From contig OX597829.1 in the NCBI GenBank assembly GCA_951406725.2, forward strand, positions 19,406,001 through 19,470,000: a stretch of 64,000 bases of DNA. The letters run 5' to 3'. Source of the stretch: Octopus vulgaris (Eukaryota). A program made the position numbers and the translations under genes. Numbering within the stretch: position 1 is the stretch's first letter; each line of letters begins with the position of its first letter. Shown one piece after another: positions 50,947-63,685 of the stretch. A model generated the notes under the pieces. That model searched no databases. It saw nothing but the letters and a program-made list of their open reading frames with translations, and was not told the origin of the DNA.

Positions 50947-52125
50947 TGACTGTTGTAAGAAGTTTGCTTCCCAACCACATGGTTCCAGGTTCAGTCCCAC
51001 TGTATGGCACCTCTTCTGTCATAGCCCCAAGCTGCCCAAAGCCTAGTGAGTGGATTTGGTCAACAGAAACGGAAAGAAGCATACTGAAAATATGTGTGTG
51101 TCTTTGTGTCTGTGTCCCCAACCACCACTTGACAACTGGTGTTGGATGCTCACATCCCCATAATCTAGGAGTTCAGTGAAAGAGACCAAAAGAAAAAGTA
51201 CCAGGTTTAAAAAAAAAATTGTTAAACAGTACTAGGATCAATTCATTCAACTGAATTTCAAGGTGGTGCTCCTGCAGGGCCATAGTCTAACAACTGAAAC
51301 AAGATAAAGATAAAATATACATACATAGGCGCAGGAGTGGCTGTGTAGTAAGTGGCTTGCTTACCAACCACATGATTCCGGGTTCAGTCCCACTGCGTGG
51401 CATCTTGGGCAAGTGGATTTGGTAGTCGGAAACTGAAAGAAGCCCATTGTATATATATATGTGTGTGTGTGTGTATATGTATGTGTTTGTCCCCCCCAAC
51501 ATCACTTGACAACCGATGCTGGTGTGTTTACGACCCCATAACTTGGTGGTTCGGCAAAAAGTGACCAATAGAATAAGTACTAGGCTGACAAAATAAGTCT
51601 TGTGATCAATTTCTTTGACTAAAACTCTTTAAGGCAGTGGTCCAGGATGGCCACAGTTGAATGTCTAAAACAAGTAAAAGAATAAAAATACAGTAGGATG
51701 TTTTTTTTTTTCTCATAGGCGCAGGAGTGGCTGTGTGGTAAGAAGCTTGCTTCACAACCACATGGTTCTGGCTTCAGTCCCACTGCCTGGCACCTTGGAC
51801 AAATATCTTCTACTATAGCCTTGTGAGGGATTTGATGTACAGAAACTGAAAAAGCTCATCATATATATATATATAATAATATTGGGGAATATTATTCCAA
51901 ACTTACAGGGAAAAATTCAATTTAGAAATACTAAATCAAATTTCGCAAAATATATGTATATAAATTAGGAAAGAAATATATATATGCTTGTGTGTGTCTG
52001 TTCCCACTCCATCACTTGACAGCCAATCTTGGTATCTTTACATTCCCATAACTTAGTGGTTCATTCGACAAAAGGCGGTGCTCCAGCATGGCCACAGTCA
52101 AATTACTGAAACAAGTAAAAGAATA
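50947..52125 (+). mobile_element. Three head-to-tail SINE family A copies
   Basis: Heads at ~50947, 51328 and 51718 (ggcgcaggagtggctgtgt in the last two); each ends in an aacaag.aaa.ga tail. Confidence 0.9.
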
Positions 52126-52982
52126 TATTCGTTGAATGTCTATGGATGTCTAGTTGAGTAAAATAGACATCAATGGGGTCCATAGAGAAAAAAAATGTGT
52201 GAGAACCAGTAACTAAAGGGATGAGCTAAGTGTCACAAATATCATTTGGTTTCTAAACAAAAACTTACTTCTGCAACATAAAAAAACGATTTCTTATGTT
52301 GAAGTTTTGAATACCCAAAATAGTACAAGACTGAACTGGTTTTATTAGAATTTAAGTAGCTGTACCATCTTAGAAACTTTCCCTATGTCATTTTTGCCTT
52401 TCAATTCAATATCTCCAAGACGAAGCCTGTGAGTAAAACTGGTATTTAGGAGTTATTCAATTGTTCACTCTTCTTGTCCAGTTTACTTTCTACCTGATCA
52501 AAAGAAGCCAGCAGCTTTAATATTTATTATATATATATATATATATAATTAGCATGTTTATTTCATGAGTATATGAACATATAGAGACTTTCTGAATCCA
52601 TTTAGATATATGAAATTTGATATGACACTCTTATCTTTTAAAAGGAATTTCTGTGAAAACTTTTAAAAAATAAGGAATACACTATTTTTAATAGAGAAAT
52701 TATATCTGTTATCACTGCTTGAATTCATGTCCATATTGAGCAATGTTATTTTGAGCCTCTAAACAGCAATCATATTATAATTGCTTTCACACTTTTTATC
52801 ATATTTATATAAATTAGTTAATAAAAAATTTCTTTATTTTCAGCAGAAATATTTTCCATTTGCCTTATTAATTCTTCTGTGAGGTTTAAGACTTGTAGAG
52901 ATAAGTTTTTGTGAAGTTTACATTTTAGCTTTGAGTCATACATTTCACTTAATCACCCACCTACAAACACAATAGTTTAGAT

Positions 52983-53511
52983 CAGGGGTTCTCAACCATT
53001 TTTCATCCATAAACCCCTTTGATTACTATTCTATGCTGGTGGACCCCCATTCGGTGTTGAAAAACTAGTTTTATAGAAATTTCTTCCAAAATTCCTATTT
53101 TGTTTATCACACATTAACTTGTGAAGGTTGAAGCATGTAAAATGTTAGAGAAAGAAACCTAGCTGTTTCTTGCTATACATACATCTAAAGCAGGGACTCA
53201 TTGTTTTTTTTTTTTTATCTGTGGACCCCTTTGATTATTATTTTGTGGTGGGACCCTATAGTCATTTGATGTCTAAAACGTAGTTTTATTGAAACTTTTT
53301 TTCAAAATTCCTATTTTGTTTTTTTTACACATTAACATGTGTAGGTTGAACTATGTAAAATGTTAAAGAAACCTGGTTGTTTCTTGCAATACATACCAAT
53401 ACATACATCTAAAGCTAATTTTTTCAGGCCCTGAAAATATTGTGGATCCCCAGTTTACTCCTTTGTGTGGGCCTCCAAAAATCTTACATGGACCCCAGTT
53501 GAGAACCACTG
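52983..53511 (-). mobile_element. hAT-Charlie-like MITE family G with an internal ~200-bp duplication
   Basis: TIRs caggggttctcaac / gttgagaaccactg; 8-bp flanks gtttagat / gtttagac. Confidence 0.9.
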
Positions 53512-53658
53512 GTTTAGACCCATTTTAGTGGTCTAATAGTGTTTGTTAAACCCCTTGAAAACACTTGAACAAAATTCCCGCTTTCTTCCCATTTAACCCT
53601 TTAGATTTCACATAATTCTGTCAAATGTAATGTTTTTTATTCACATTGTTTTGAATTA

Positions 53659-53874
53659 CAAGGTGGGGCTGAAAAGTCCCTGTCTTTGGGTAAAAGAAAA
53701 TACAAGGGAATTAGTTAAATATGATTTTATTCAACATATTCCCCTTTCAGATTCACACACTTATTGCAGTGGCTCTTCAGTTTTTCTAAGCCCCGAAAAG
53801 AACTTGGAAGGTTGGGCCTCCAACTGGGTCTTTCACTATACCCTTAAAGTTGGGAACTTTCCAGCACCCCGTTG
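53659..53874. mobile_element. mariner-like MITE family H
   Basis: TA-flanked TIRs caaggtggggctgaaaagtccc / gggaactttccagcaccccgttg; further copies at 53918-53975 + 56496-56648 (split) and 56672-56842 (partial). Confidence 0.85.
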
Positions 53875-53975
53875 TATACATGTGTGTATGTGTGCCTATA
53901 TATAATATATACACACACAGAGGGGGGGTGTTGAAAAGTTCCTGGCTTTGGATAAAAGAATACTGGAGGATCAAC

Positions 53976-56490
53976 TACCATCGTTTAACATCTGCCTTCC
54001 ATGCTGGCATGGGTGGAATAGTTTGCCAGGAGGTGGTCAGGCAGAAGCTTGCACCAGACATCTGTTACTATTTGGCAAGATTTTTACGGCTGGATACCCT
54101 TCCCAACACCAACCACTCAGCAGAGTGGACTTAGTGCTTTTTACATAGCACAAGCACAGGCGAGGTCAGTTTTGGCAAGGATTTTATAGCTGGATGTCCT
54201 TCCGAATGCCAACCATTTTACAGTGTGGACTGGGTGCTTTTTAAGTGACACCTACACTGACAGGGTCATCAAGTAACTTGCAAGACAAAAATCATTTGTG
54301 AGGAGAGAGGGCACTGAGGGAGGTGATCTTGTGTCAGATGATGAGACAGACACAGAAACAGATATCTTGCTGTGCAGGAGGTACAAGGTTACCCGGCCAG
54401 AGAGAGAGAGAGAGAATGAAACCAGAAACACATGCACTGCTGCAAAGAGATACATGGTTACTCAACCTGAGGGAAGTGCAAGAGAAGGAGAGAGACAGAA
54501 AGTGGGTGACAGCAGGATATAGATGGTAGCAAAGTGCCAGGCATACTCACAATGGATGGGGATCAAAATATAAATGAGATAGTTGAGTAAAGGAAGAGAG
54601 AGATATAGATGGTGGCACATGCCAGGGTATAATATCCTTGAGGTTCGAAGGTCATAAGTGGCTGGATATTGCAAAAGGTGCAGGATTAGAGTTTGGGGAA
54701 GTGAGTCATAAAAACTTGGGTATATATAGACTGCTGGATAGTAATGATACAGAGAAACAGGGCCATGAGGACAAGACTGTAGAGTGAGAGGTAGGCATAG
54801 TGTGTGAAGGAGGAAATGTGAGGAAGAGATGTTGAGATATAGTTTGGTTTGTTGTAGTAGGGTATCTGAGAAGTTTTCTTGTTACATGATGTGGGTGGAA
54901 CACACAGGTCAGAGGGTGCTAGTGGATAGCAATGATATGATACAGTGAGACAAAACCAAGAGGACAGGATTGGGGAGTGGGAGGTAAGCATTGTGCATGA
55001 TGTGGGAATGCAAGGAAGAGGAAAGATGTAGACATAGTTTTGTTTGCTGTGGTAGGGTGTGTGAGAAGTTTTCTTGTTAAGTGTGGCTGGCTTGTAAAAC
55101 TCAGTTTCACTTATAAGGGTGGGTCTTCTCAGGAACCTCATATTACCAGACATCTCTGTCTATTGTCATTTCCTCTGTGAGGCCCAGTCTCCTGAGATCA
55201 GTTCTTACCACTTCATCCCATGTCTTCCTGGGTCTCCCTCTTCCATGGGTACCATCCACTTTCAGTGATCGGCACTTCTTCATGCAGCTGTTTTCATTCA
55301 CACACATCACATATCCAAACCAATGTAGTCTTTTCTCTTGCATGCTACATTTGATTCCTCTTATGCCCAACTTTTCTCTCAATACATTTGCACTTTGCCG
55401 TACATGTGCACCGATGTTGCACATCCAACAGAGCATACTACCTTTGTTTCTCTCCAGTCTACACATATCTTCTGCATTTAGAGCCCATGTCTCACTACCA
55501 TGGAGTATAGCCATTCACACACAAGCATCATACAGTCTACCTTTTACTCTGAAAGAGTCCTTTTGTTGCTAAGAGGAAATAGTTCTCTGAACTTCCTCCA
55601 CCCTATTCTTATTCTAGAAACAATACTTTCAGAGCATCTTCCACCATGGCTAGTTTGGTCACCTAGGTAACAGAAACTATCTACAACCTCAAGAGATCCT
55701 CCTAGGCATTTGAGAGAATCTAATTCCCGTGTGCTCTTAGTGTTTATTGGTCCTGCACATCTACCACATACAAAGACTATTTTATCTGTTAACCCTTTCA
55801 TTACCATATTTATTTTGAGATGCTCTGTATTTCTTTCAATTACTTTAAATATAACAAAGAATTTAGTAAAATAACTTAGTTATCATTAAGCTAGTGTCAA
55901 GAACATAAATTGTGACTAAGGTTTGATGGAAGATTTTAATTAAAACCTTAAGAAAACAAGACATTTGTACTACAGAGCCAGAGCTGGTTTCAGCCGGGTT
56001 GGTAACAAAAGGGTTAATCTACTTGTGATTCCACTGCACCTCTTATGTTTCTATAGTTTACACTGGGTGCAACGAATGGAATTTCTTTCAACTTCTTTCC
56101 TACATATTTAGTAGGGCCATTTACCTGATAGAAAGAGTTTTATCTGTCTTACTAACAACAACTTTGGTCTTTACCAGGTTAACTTTAAGGCCCTTTGATT
56201 CCAGGTTTTGTTTCCATACCTGGAATTTCTTCTCCAATTCTGCAATAAGAGCAAGGTCATCAGCATTTAGCAGTTCCCACAGGCACCCAGTTTTGAATTC
56301 CTCTGTTATGGCCTGGAGGGCTATAATGAAAAAGAGTGGGTTGAGAACTAACTGAGCCCTGTACACTAAATTCATCACTGTATTCATGGCCGACTCTCAC
56401 CTTATTGACAGCTTCACTGTACGTGGCTTGTACAGATCTAACAAACCACTCCTCTACTCCTAATTTCTTTAGAGTCCACCATATAACAGC
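53976..56490 (-). mobile_element. 5'-truncated RTE LINE with 3' UTR and terminal family-B tail
   Basis: LNPLFFII.LQAITEEFKTGC.WELL.ADDL (YADD site), VDSFCYLGD, ILHGSETW, RLHWFG, GRGRPRKTW and DRDVW in ORFs 56121-56387, 55544-55807 and 55143-55514; interrupts a family H MITE. Confidence 0.95.
55793..56013. mobile_element. piggyBac-like MITE family E2 inserted in the RTE ORF
   Basis: TTAA at 55789-92 and 56014-17; TIRs ccctttcattacca / tggtaacaaaaggg; removing it restores the LINE frame CSGITSRLTDKIVFVCGRC. Confidence 0.95.
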
Positions 56491-57774
56491 AGGAAATTGA
56501 TTTTATTCTTCACATTCCCCTCTCAGATTCGCACACTTATTGCAGCAGTCTTTCAGTGTTTTCTAAGCCCTGTAAAAGAACTCAGAAGGTTGGACTGTCA
56601 ATTGGGTCTTTCATGATAAAGCCAGGAACTTTTCAATAACCCCTTGTACACACACATACACACACACACATATGAGGTTGTGCTGAAAAGTTTCTGGCTT
56701 TTGAATAAAAAAGACTACAGGGGGTGGTAGTTAATTATGATTTTATTCTCCATATTTACCTCTCAGATTGAAACACTTATTGCAGCAGTCCTTCAGTTTT
56801 TCTAAGTCCTGTAAAAGAACTTGGAAGATTGGGCCTCCAACTAAGCAGGTGTGAGAGGCTGGATCTGGCCATTTGAGTGGTTGAGTGTGCTGTAGAGCTG
56901 TCAAGAGGAAGACCCCAAAATGGTGCACATTCTCTCCCGGTGATCCCTCTATGAAACCTGGCATCCAGTATGCAGGGGTTTTTGAATGACTGAAATTGCA
57001 CTAGCAAGCTGTTTCCAAACCTCTGGTAGCTTCATAATCTAATGAGATAAGGCATCTGTATTTATAAGTTGGGTAATATCTGATAAGAGACTTAGGTCTG
57101 CTATAACTGTCAATGGCTTTAAACATATGTAAAAATAGAAATGTCTTATTCAGTAAAAGCTGTTAGGAATTAATTCTGTCGTTTAGCTTTTTTCTTTTTG
57201 TTTTTTTTTTTATTTGTTAATTCTTCAATTAATGCATTTTCATGTGTAACTTGATAATTTGTGATATTGAAGAAGTTCTTATTTTATTCTCTATCATCAT
57301 TCTAAACCATTCTGCATTCACAGTCATGTATTGTTTATGAATATACACATTTACATATCATTGGAAATGCTGGAGCAGTTGTTCTTACAGCTGGGTGGGT
57401 GTTTGTTAGGTTGTTTTTTTTTTAATTTCAATAAATGCACAACAGTGAAGCAAGTGTAACACATGCCACTTGAGTTATGGTAAGCTAAGATTGGCAGATC
57501 CACTAACATAGGTAGGGGCAATCTGCCCTGGGTGGCACTTTTGGGGCTGCTGTAAGCAATGTTTCTTGTGGGGTCCAGGGGCGGCAAATGGAAAGGCTAC
57601 CCCTATTGGCACACACTCTAGCTACACTAGTAGGCAGATGTATAAACAAAGATATTCTAGCCACAATCATTTCTACATGGTTGCATGATGTAAGAAATTT
57701 CGCTAGTATTTCTGGCGGTTCCAATGTCCCTATAATGCAGGGGTTCTCACCCAAGGGTCTATATGCTTTAGCAA

Positions 57775-57997
57775 ACACTATTAGATCTTTAATATTTAGA
57801 TTTTCCTGTCAAATTTATTTATTCACATTGTTTTGAATTAATCCTTCATTATCTCATAGCTTTGAGATTTTGATGATGTGATTATTTTTATGGTGGCATT
57901 TTAGGGTAGGTTCAAAAAACCAGTTCTGATTAGTTTGAGCATAAAACAGATTGAATATTTGAGCCAGATATGACCAGATTAAATGCTAAAGGGTTAA
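57775..57997 (-). mobile_element. piggyBac-like MITE family E
   Basis: Reverse complement of the 13812-14039 body; ends aaatgctaaagggttaa. Confidence 0.8.
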
Positions 57998-58009
57998 AAG
58001 GCTCTAAAC

Positions 58010-58396
58010 CAGCATTTCTCAACCAAGGTCCATATTAAATTTTTTGTAGGGCCACACAACAAAATAGTTAATTGGGAATCCACAATGGTATTTTAAGGGA
58101 CCCTGAAAAAAAATTTCCTTTAGATGTCTATGTTGGTATGTATTACAAGAAACAGCTAGGTTTCTTTTTCTATCATAGTAAATTGGGGGTCCTCAGTAAT
58201 TTTTCAGGGGCCATGAAAAAATTGTGTTTCAGACAAGTGTATGTGCAATAAATTGATTATGCACCCATAATACATATAATATTTTAATAATTTTTATACA
58301 AGTCTTAATAATATTTAATTATAAATAATATAAAGGGATTTTTAAACATCAAATGGCTATGGGATTCCATAGATAGGAAATGGTTGAGAAGCCCTG
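58010..58396 (+). mobile_element. hAT-Charlie-like MITE family G
   Basis: cagcatttctcaacc / ggttgagaagccctg termini; flanks ctctaaac / ctataaag. Confidence 0.85.
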
Positions 58397-58710
58397 CTAT
58401 AAAGGCTCCCTCATTAAAAAGCTACAGCTTTGATGGCAATGAAGATATTTTTATAAAGAAGTGGAGACACAGGCAGAGGCAAAGTTGAGCAACTGGGTAT
58501 ATATGTTGAACTAAACAAAAGTCAGATGCAAATGTCAGTTATGTTTGTGACTGTATTATAAAAGTCCTCAGCTGATTGTATGTAGCAGAAATGACTAAAC
58601 CAATCAGTCATGTCATAGACATAAGTAGACAATAAAAGCCAGGTAACAAAAACAAAAATACTGAGTGGATTTGGTATATAATGGATGTCCATGGAAGAGT
58701 AGGCTATCTG

Positions 58711-59190
58711 TCTTTCATTTGTTTCAGTCATTTGACTGCAGCCATGCTGGGACGCCACCTTGAAGAATTTTTAGTCAAATGAATTGACTCCATCGTCATT
58801 GTTAAATGTCTGCCCTCCATGCTGGCACAGTTTGGACAGATTGACAGGAGCCGACCAGGTAGAAGTCTGCACCAGACTCCTGTGTCTGTTTAGACATGGT
58901 TTTTATGGCTGGATGCCCTTCCTAACACAAACCACCCTGCAGATTGGATTGATTGCTTTTTACAGGCACCAGCCCTGGCAGGTCACCAAATAACTTGCAA
59001 GACAAGGAATCTTTGAGAAGGGAAGGAGCATTGGAGGAGGTGATCTTTTGTCAAATGACTTATGGGGACGTAAACACACCAACACTGGTTGTCAAATGGT
59101 AGTAGCAGACAAGCATGCTCACACTCACTCACGCACACACATATATCTGGCAGGCTTCTTGGTTTCTTTCTACCAAATTCACTCAGAAGA
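58711..59190 (-). mobile_element. SINE family A split by a family B insertion (~58793-59047)
   Basis: A-tail at 58711-58790, B body, then A resumes at acttatggggacgtaaacacacc. Confidence 0.75.
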
Positions 59191-59377
59191 CTTTAATATT
59201 TCACTCACTTATAGAATTGACCAAAATGTCAATTAATATTAAACTTATTTACTTAAATGTAATACTACATAACAAATAGACCTCCTAACTATTAAATAAT
59301 ATATTGTCTTACAAAACTATTTCTCAAAGTATTTTATATGTAATACGTTAAATCACATTATAATAAACATAATAAAT

Positions 59378-59597
59378 TAAATAGGTATATGTATCATAAC
59401 TAATGATTATCAAGAAATTATATATAAATTAATATTTTAACAATAATAATAATAAACATAATACAATTCAAAAGTTAATATTCCTAAATAGGTATATGTA
59501 TCATAACTAATGATTATCAAGAAATTATATATAAATTAATATTTTAACAATAATAATAATAAACATAATACAATTCAAAAATTAATATTCCTAAATA
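59378..59597. repeat. Near-perfect 107-bp tandem duplication
   Basis: taaataggtatatgtatcataac starts at 59378 and 59485; one mismatch seen (aaaagtta vs aaaaatta). Confidence 0.95.
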
Positions 59598-59677
59598 TAT
59601 ATATATATATATCTGGTTCTCTTAGGCCTTTTCTGTACAATCATGGTTGAATATGCTTGCGTGCTCTGAAGTTCCGA

Positions 59678-59897
59678 AGGTGAATGACTCTGTGGTTACA
59701 ACGTCAGGTTTACAATTGTGAGGTTGTGAGTTCAATTCCTGGACTGGGCTGTGTGTTGTGTTCTTGTCAGTGGCATGGAGAAGGGAGGCTGGTATGCATG
59801 GGCAACTGCTGATCTTCCTTAAACAACCATGCCCAGACTTCTCAGAGAGTAACTTTCTAGGTGCAATCCCATGATCAAAGGGTAGGGGTCACCCTAT
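59678..59897 (+). mobile_element. SINE family D, internally deleted
   Basis: gagttcaattcctggactgggctgtgtgttgtgttcttg joined directly to gtggcatggagaagggaggctggtatgcatggg. Confidence 0.85.
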
Positions 59898-60849
59898 GAA
59901 GTTTTGATTTTTTTCTTTACCCCCACCCCTGCCCTTCCAGCACCTCTATTTCATAGCATATATTCCTTTAAAATTTACTTAGAAAGTAATTCCATTGTGT
60001 CTGATTTTGGCATGTGAATGCAGCAATGTACTGTTGGTACATTGTATCATTTTATAATAAATGTTGAATAGGAAAATTTGAATAATGGTTTTATTTTCAG
60101 ACTCAATGAGGAATAAATATTATGGCTGAAATTATATTGAAATTGAACATTTTTACATAACTCTGCTTATTCTCTCTCTCATGTTGATTTTTTTTTTTTT
60201 TTTTTTTAAAGTTTTGCTTGGGGTTTTTTATGTCAGTTTTAATCTTTTAGTTATTGTGCAGAAACTTGGCAGAATTTTATTTATAAACATGTATGAATAT
60301 CTGCCACGCACGCACTTTTGGGAGTGGATAAGTAGCAATTATTCTGGAACAACGGACTGTGTCTATAGCCATCACACAGCTGCCAGGATTGTCAAGATCA
60401 ATATAGTTAATATTCTTGAAAAGTAGTTTACAAGTCAAAACCTGCAGGAACAAATGTGTGAATAGGGAATTACGGAAGACTGAGGAAAGGACTAAGTGTA
60501 GGTTATTGTGAAGTGGAGAGAAGAAAGAAGTCAGGACTGGCACAGCACCAACCAGCTCAAAATAGCAAAACCCACTATTGTAGGAGCAGAAAATACGGAG
60601 AGAGGAGACAGTGCATCCTTTGGTTGGAGGCTGGGATGTGTTGGTAAGAAACTTCATGCCAGACAAGTGATCTTTCTTTGGATGTTTGTGTGAATAGCAG
60701 CAACACTGTCCCAGATGTGAGATGTGGAAACAGTAGGTTTTTGCAAGGCTGCCAATGAGATTTTCAGCAAAACTCTCTTGTTCACAACCCTGTAACTTAG
60801 CATTTCTGCAAAAGGGACTGATAGAATATGCACCAAATTTAAGAAAACC

Positions 60850-61312
60850 CAATGCTGGTGGCATGTAAAGAATACCTTTCAAGCATTGGGCTTCACGGAG
60901 GCAAAATGGCTGAGTTCCTTTCAAGTGTTGGGCCTCACAGAGGTAAAGTGGCTGAGTTCCTTTTGAGCATTGGGCCTCACTGAGGTAATGACCGAGACCT
61001 TTGGCATTGTCGTACTTGAGAAGAAGACCCATCAAGTCGAGCCAACTCACAGTCATGGCAGATACCAATGTCATGCAAATTGGCACCAATACCAGAGGCA
61101 CATAAAAGCACCCTGGTGTCATGCAAATGGCATCCGTGCTAGTGACACATAAAAGCACCGGTTAAACTCTCAGAGTTGTTGGCATTAGAAAGAGCATCCA
61201 GCCATAGAAAACTATACCAAATCAGACTGGAGTCTGGTGCAGCCTTCCAACGTACCAGCCTGGTCAAACTGTCCAACCCATGCCAGCATGGACAGCAGAC
61301 ATTAAATGATGA
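60850..61312 (+). mobile_element. Long family B repeat with an internal ~42-bp triplication, inserted in a SINE A tail
   Basis: A-tail pieces at ~60788-60848 and ~61313-61395 flank it; ttgggc.tcac.gagg occurs three times at 60887-60990. Confidence 0.85.
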
Positions 61313-61987
61313 AATACAGGGTAGATTTATTTGACCTAAAGGTGCTACCCCTGTATAGCCACAGTCCAGTGACTGAAATAAGTAAAAGATGAAAAATATT
61401 AAAATTGAGGTGTCTGTAATTATGATTGTTTCAATTAATACACCAGTATTTAAAGATAATGGATTTCACAGAAACTTTACAATGTACAAGTTCAATCCTC
61501 TACAATTAGACTGAAATGGTCCCGGCATTGGTAGAATCATTACAAACTGCTTGCAATATTTACTTGCAAACCTTTACATTCTAAGTTCAGATCCTACTGT
61601 AGTCAGCTTTGCCCTCAGTCTTCTTAAAGGTTTGCAAAATACGACACCTGTTATATTGTGATTAATTTGATGTTCATATAAGGCATCTTAGATATAAGAT
61701 TATAACAGAATGCATTATCTTTTGTCTTTCATAAGTTTGTACAATAGGTAACAATCGTATACTGAGTTAGTTTTAGTTACACTGTTGTCTTAAAAATATG
61801 AGAGGGCCTGTTATCTGTTTTTACAAATGTCAGATTTTATGTGCAATTGGCTTGCATATGCTTGTATTGTTTTTGCTCTTGAGCTATTTTATTTTCCTAG
61901 TTTTTAAGAAAGTAAAGTACCAGAATTATAGTTGCTAAAATATGACTTCATATAACTGTTGTACTGGTGTTCATTCTACTTATGTTG

Positions 61988-62530
61988 TTAACACTTTCGA
62001 TACCAACCTGGCTGAAACCGCCTCTGGCTCTGTAGTACAAATGTCTTGTTTTCATAAGTTTCGAATTAAAATCTTCCACCAAACCTTAGTCACAATTTAT
62101 ATTCCTAACAATATTGTGATACCTGTGCTGGTGGCATGTAAAAAACACCATCAGAACATGGTCAATGCCAGCGCCACATTCACTGGCTTCTGTGCCGGTG
62201 GCACGTAAAAAGCAATAACCGATCGTATCTGCTGCCAGCCTTGCCTGGCACGTAAAAAAAACCCACTACACTCCCGGAGTGGTTGGTGTTAGGAAGGGCA
62301 TCCAGCTGTAGAAACATTGCCAGATCAGACTGGAGACTGGTGCAGCCTCCTGGCTTCCCAGACCCCGGTCGAACCGTCTAACCCGTGCTAGCACGGAAAA
62401 CGGACATTAAATGATGATGAACACCAGCTTAATGGTAACTAAGTTATTTTATTAAATTCTTTGTAATATTTAAAGTTAATTGAAAGAAACACAGAGTATC
62501 TCAAAATAAATACAGTAACAAAATGGTTAA
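61988..62530. mobile_element. Family E2 MITE (opposite orientation) split by a family B insertion (~62111-62420)
   Basis: TTAA at both ends; halves match the reverse complement of 55793-56013 and rejoin at attcctaaca|ccagcttaatg. Confidence 0.9.
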
Positions 62531-62877
62531 AGAGCTCACGCAAAATATCATTCCCTCAATTAGCACAAGTTGAATTGATCTGGAAATTTTAAAAAGTTTT
62601 ACATCTTTTATGTTTATTTACATTGTTTTTGTTTAACTAGTTATGTCTATTAATGTCAACTATTCCGTGACAGTTGTACAGGAGGTATCTGTTTTTAATG
62701 AAGCTGACTCAAGGAATTAATTTGCCTATATAATGTAGTAACAGTTGCAGGGTTTCAAATTACAACCTATTGTGCAAAACAAATATAATTAATGTTGTTG
62801 CTACCTATAAAAACATAGTAATTCAATGACTATCAATGTGGGCCTCTACATCTTATGAATCTGAGTAGCCAATAGAT

Positions 62878-63365
62878 GGCTCACAATCATAAGGTAGTAA
62901 GTTCAATTTCCGGATCGGGCTGTGTTTTGTGTTCTTGAACAAGACACTTTATTTTACATTGCTACAGTTCATCCAGCTGTAGAAATGAGTTGTGACATCA
63001 CTGGTGCCAAGCTGTATTAACCTTTCCCTTTCCCTTGGATAGCATCAGTGGTGTGGAAAGGAGAGACTGGTATGCATGGGTGACTGCTGGTCTTCCATAA
63101 ACAACCTTGCCCAGACTTGTACCTCAGAGGGGAACTTTCTAGGTGCAACCCCAGAGTCATAGATGACTGAAGGAGGTCTTTACCCTTTACGCATACATAA
63201 ACACTTTTTTATGAATTATACATGTGTATAGCTCAGTGGTTAGAATATCAGGCTTACAGTCACAAGTTGGTGAATTCGATTCCCAGACTGGGCTGTGTAT
63301 TGTGTTCTTGAGCAAGACTCTTTATTCATGTTGCTCCATTTTAGTCAGCTGTAGAAATTGGTTGC
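62878..63365 (+). mobile_element. SINE family D copy plus a second 5' partial copy
   Basis: Matches 12710-13045; second head tagctcagtggttaga at ~63228. Confidence 0.9.
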
Positions 63366-63685
63366 TATATATGCCAATGGTTATCAATTTATTATGGGCT
63401 ACTTCATTTCTGAGTGCAAGTGTATGTCTAGAACTTGGAGCAAAGGAGTTTGTTCTCAGAGCAGCTGTCTTTTGTCACTGTTTACATCTTTGAGTGTATG
63501 TCAGTGAAGGTTGCAAGCTCACATATAATGACCCTTCATACAATTTCTATCTACTAAAATTTCACTCACGGATGTGAGTCAATCTAAAATGCTGTAGAAA
63601 ATGCTTTCACAACCTGGAGGATGGAAACTATGTGACAAGGAAGAAAGCTTCTGGATCATGCAGCCATGCCTGTGGCCTTCATCCT

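Noticed and set aside
60277-61158. 293-aa minus-strand ORF, the longest in the track
   Set aside because: Runs antisense through a family B repeat, a SINE A tail and probable decayed LINE sequence; no domain recognised; its internal repeats come from the 42-bp triplication.
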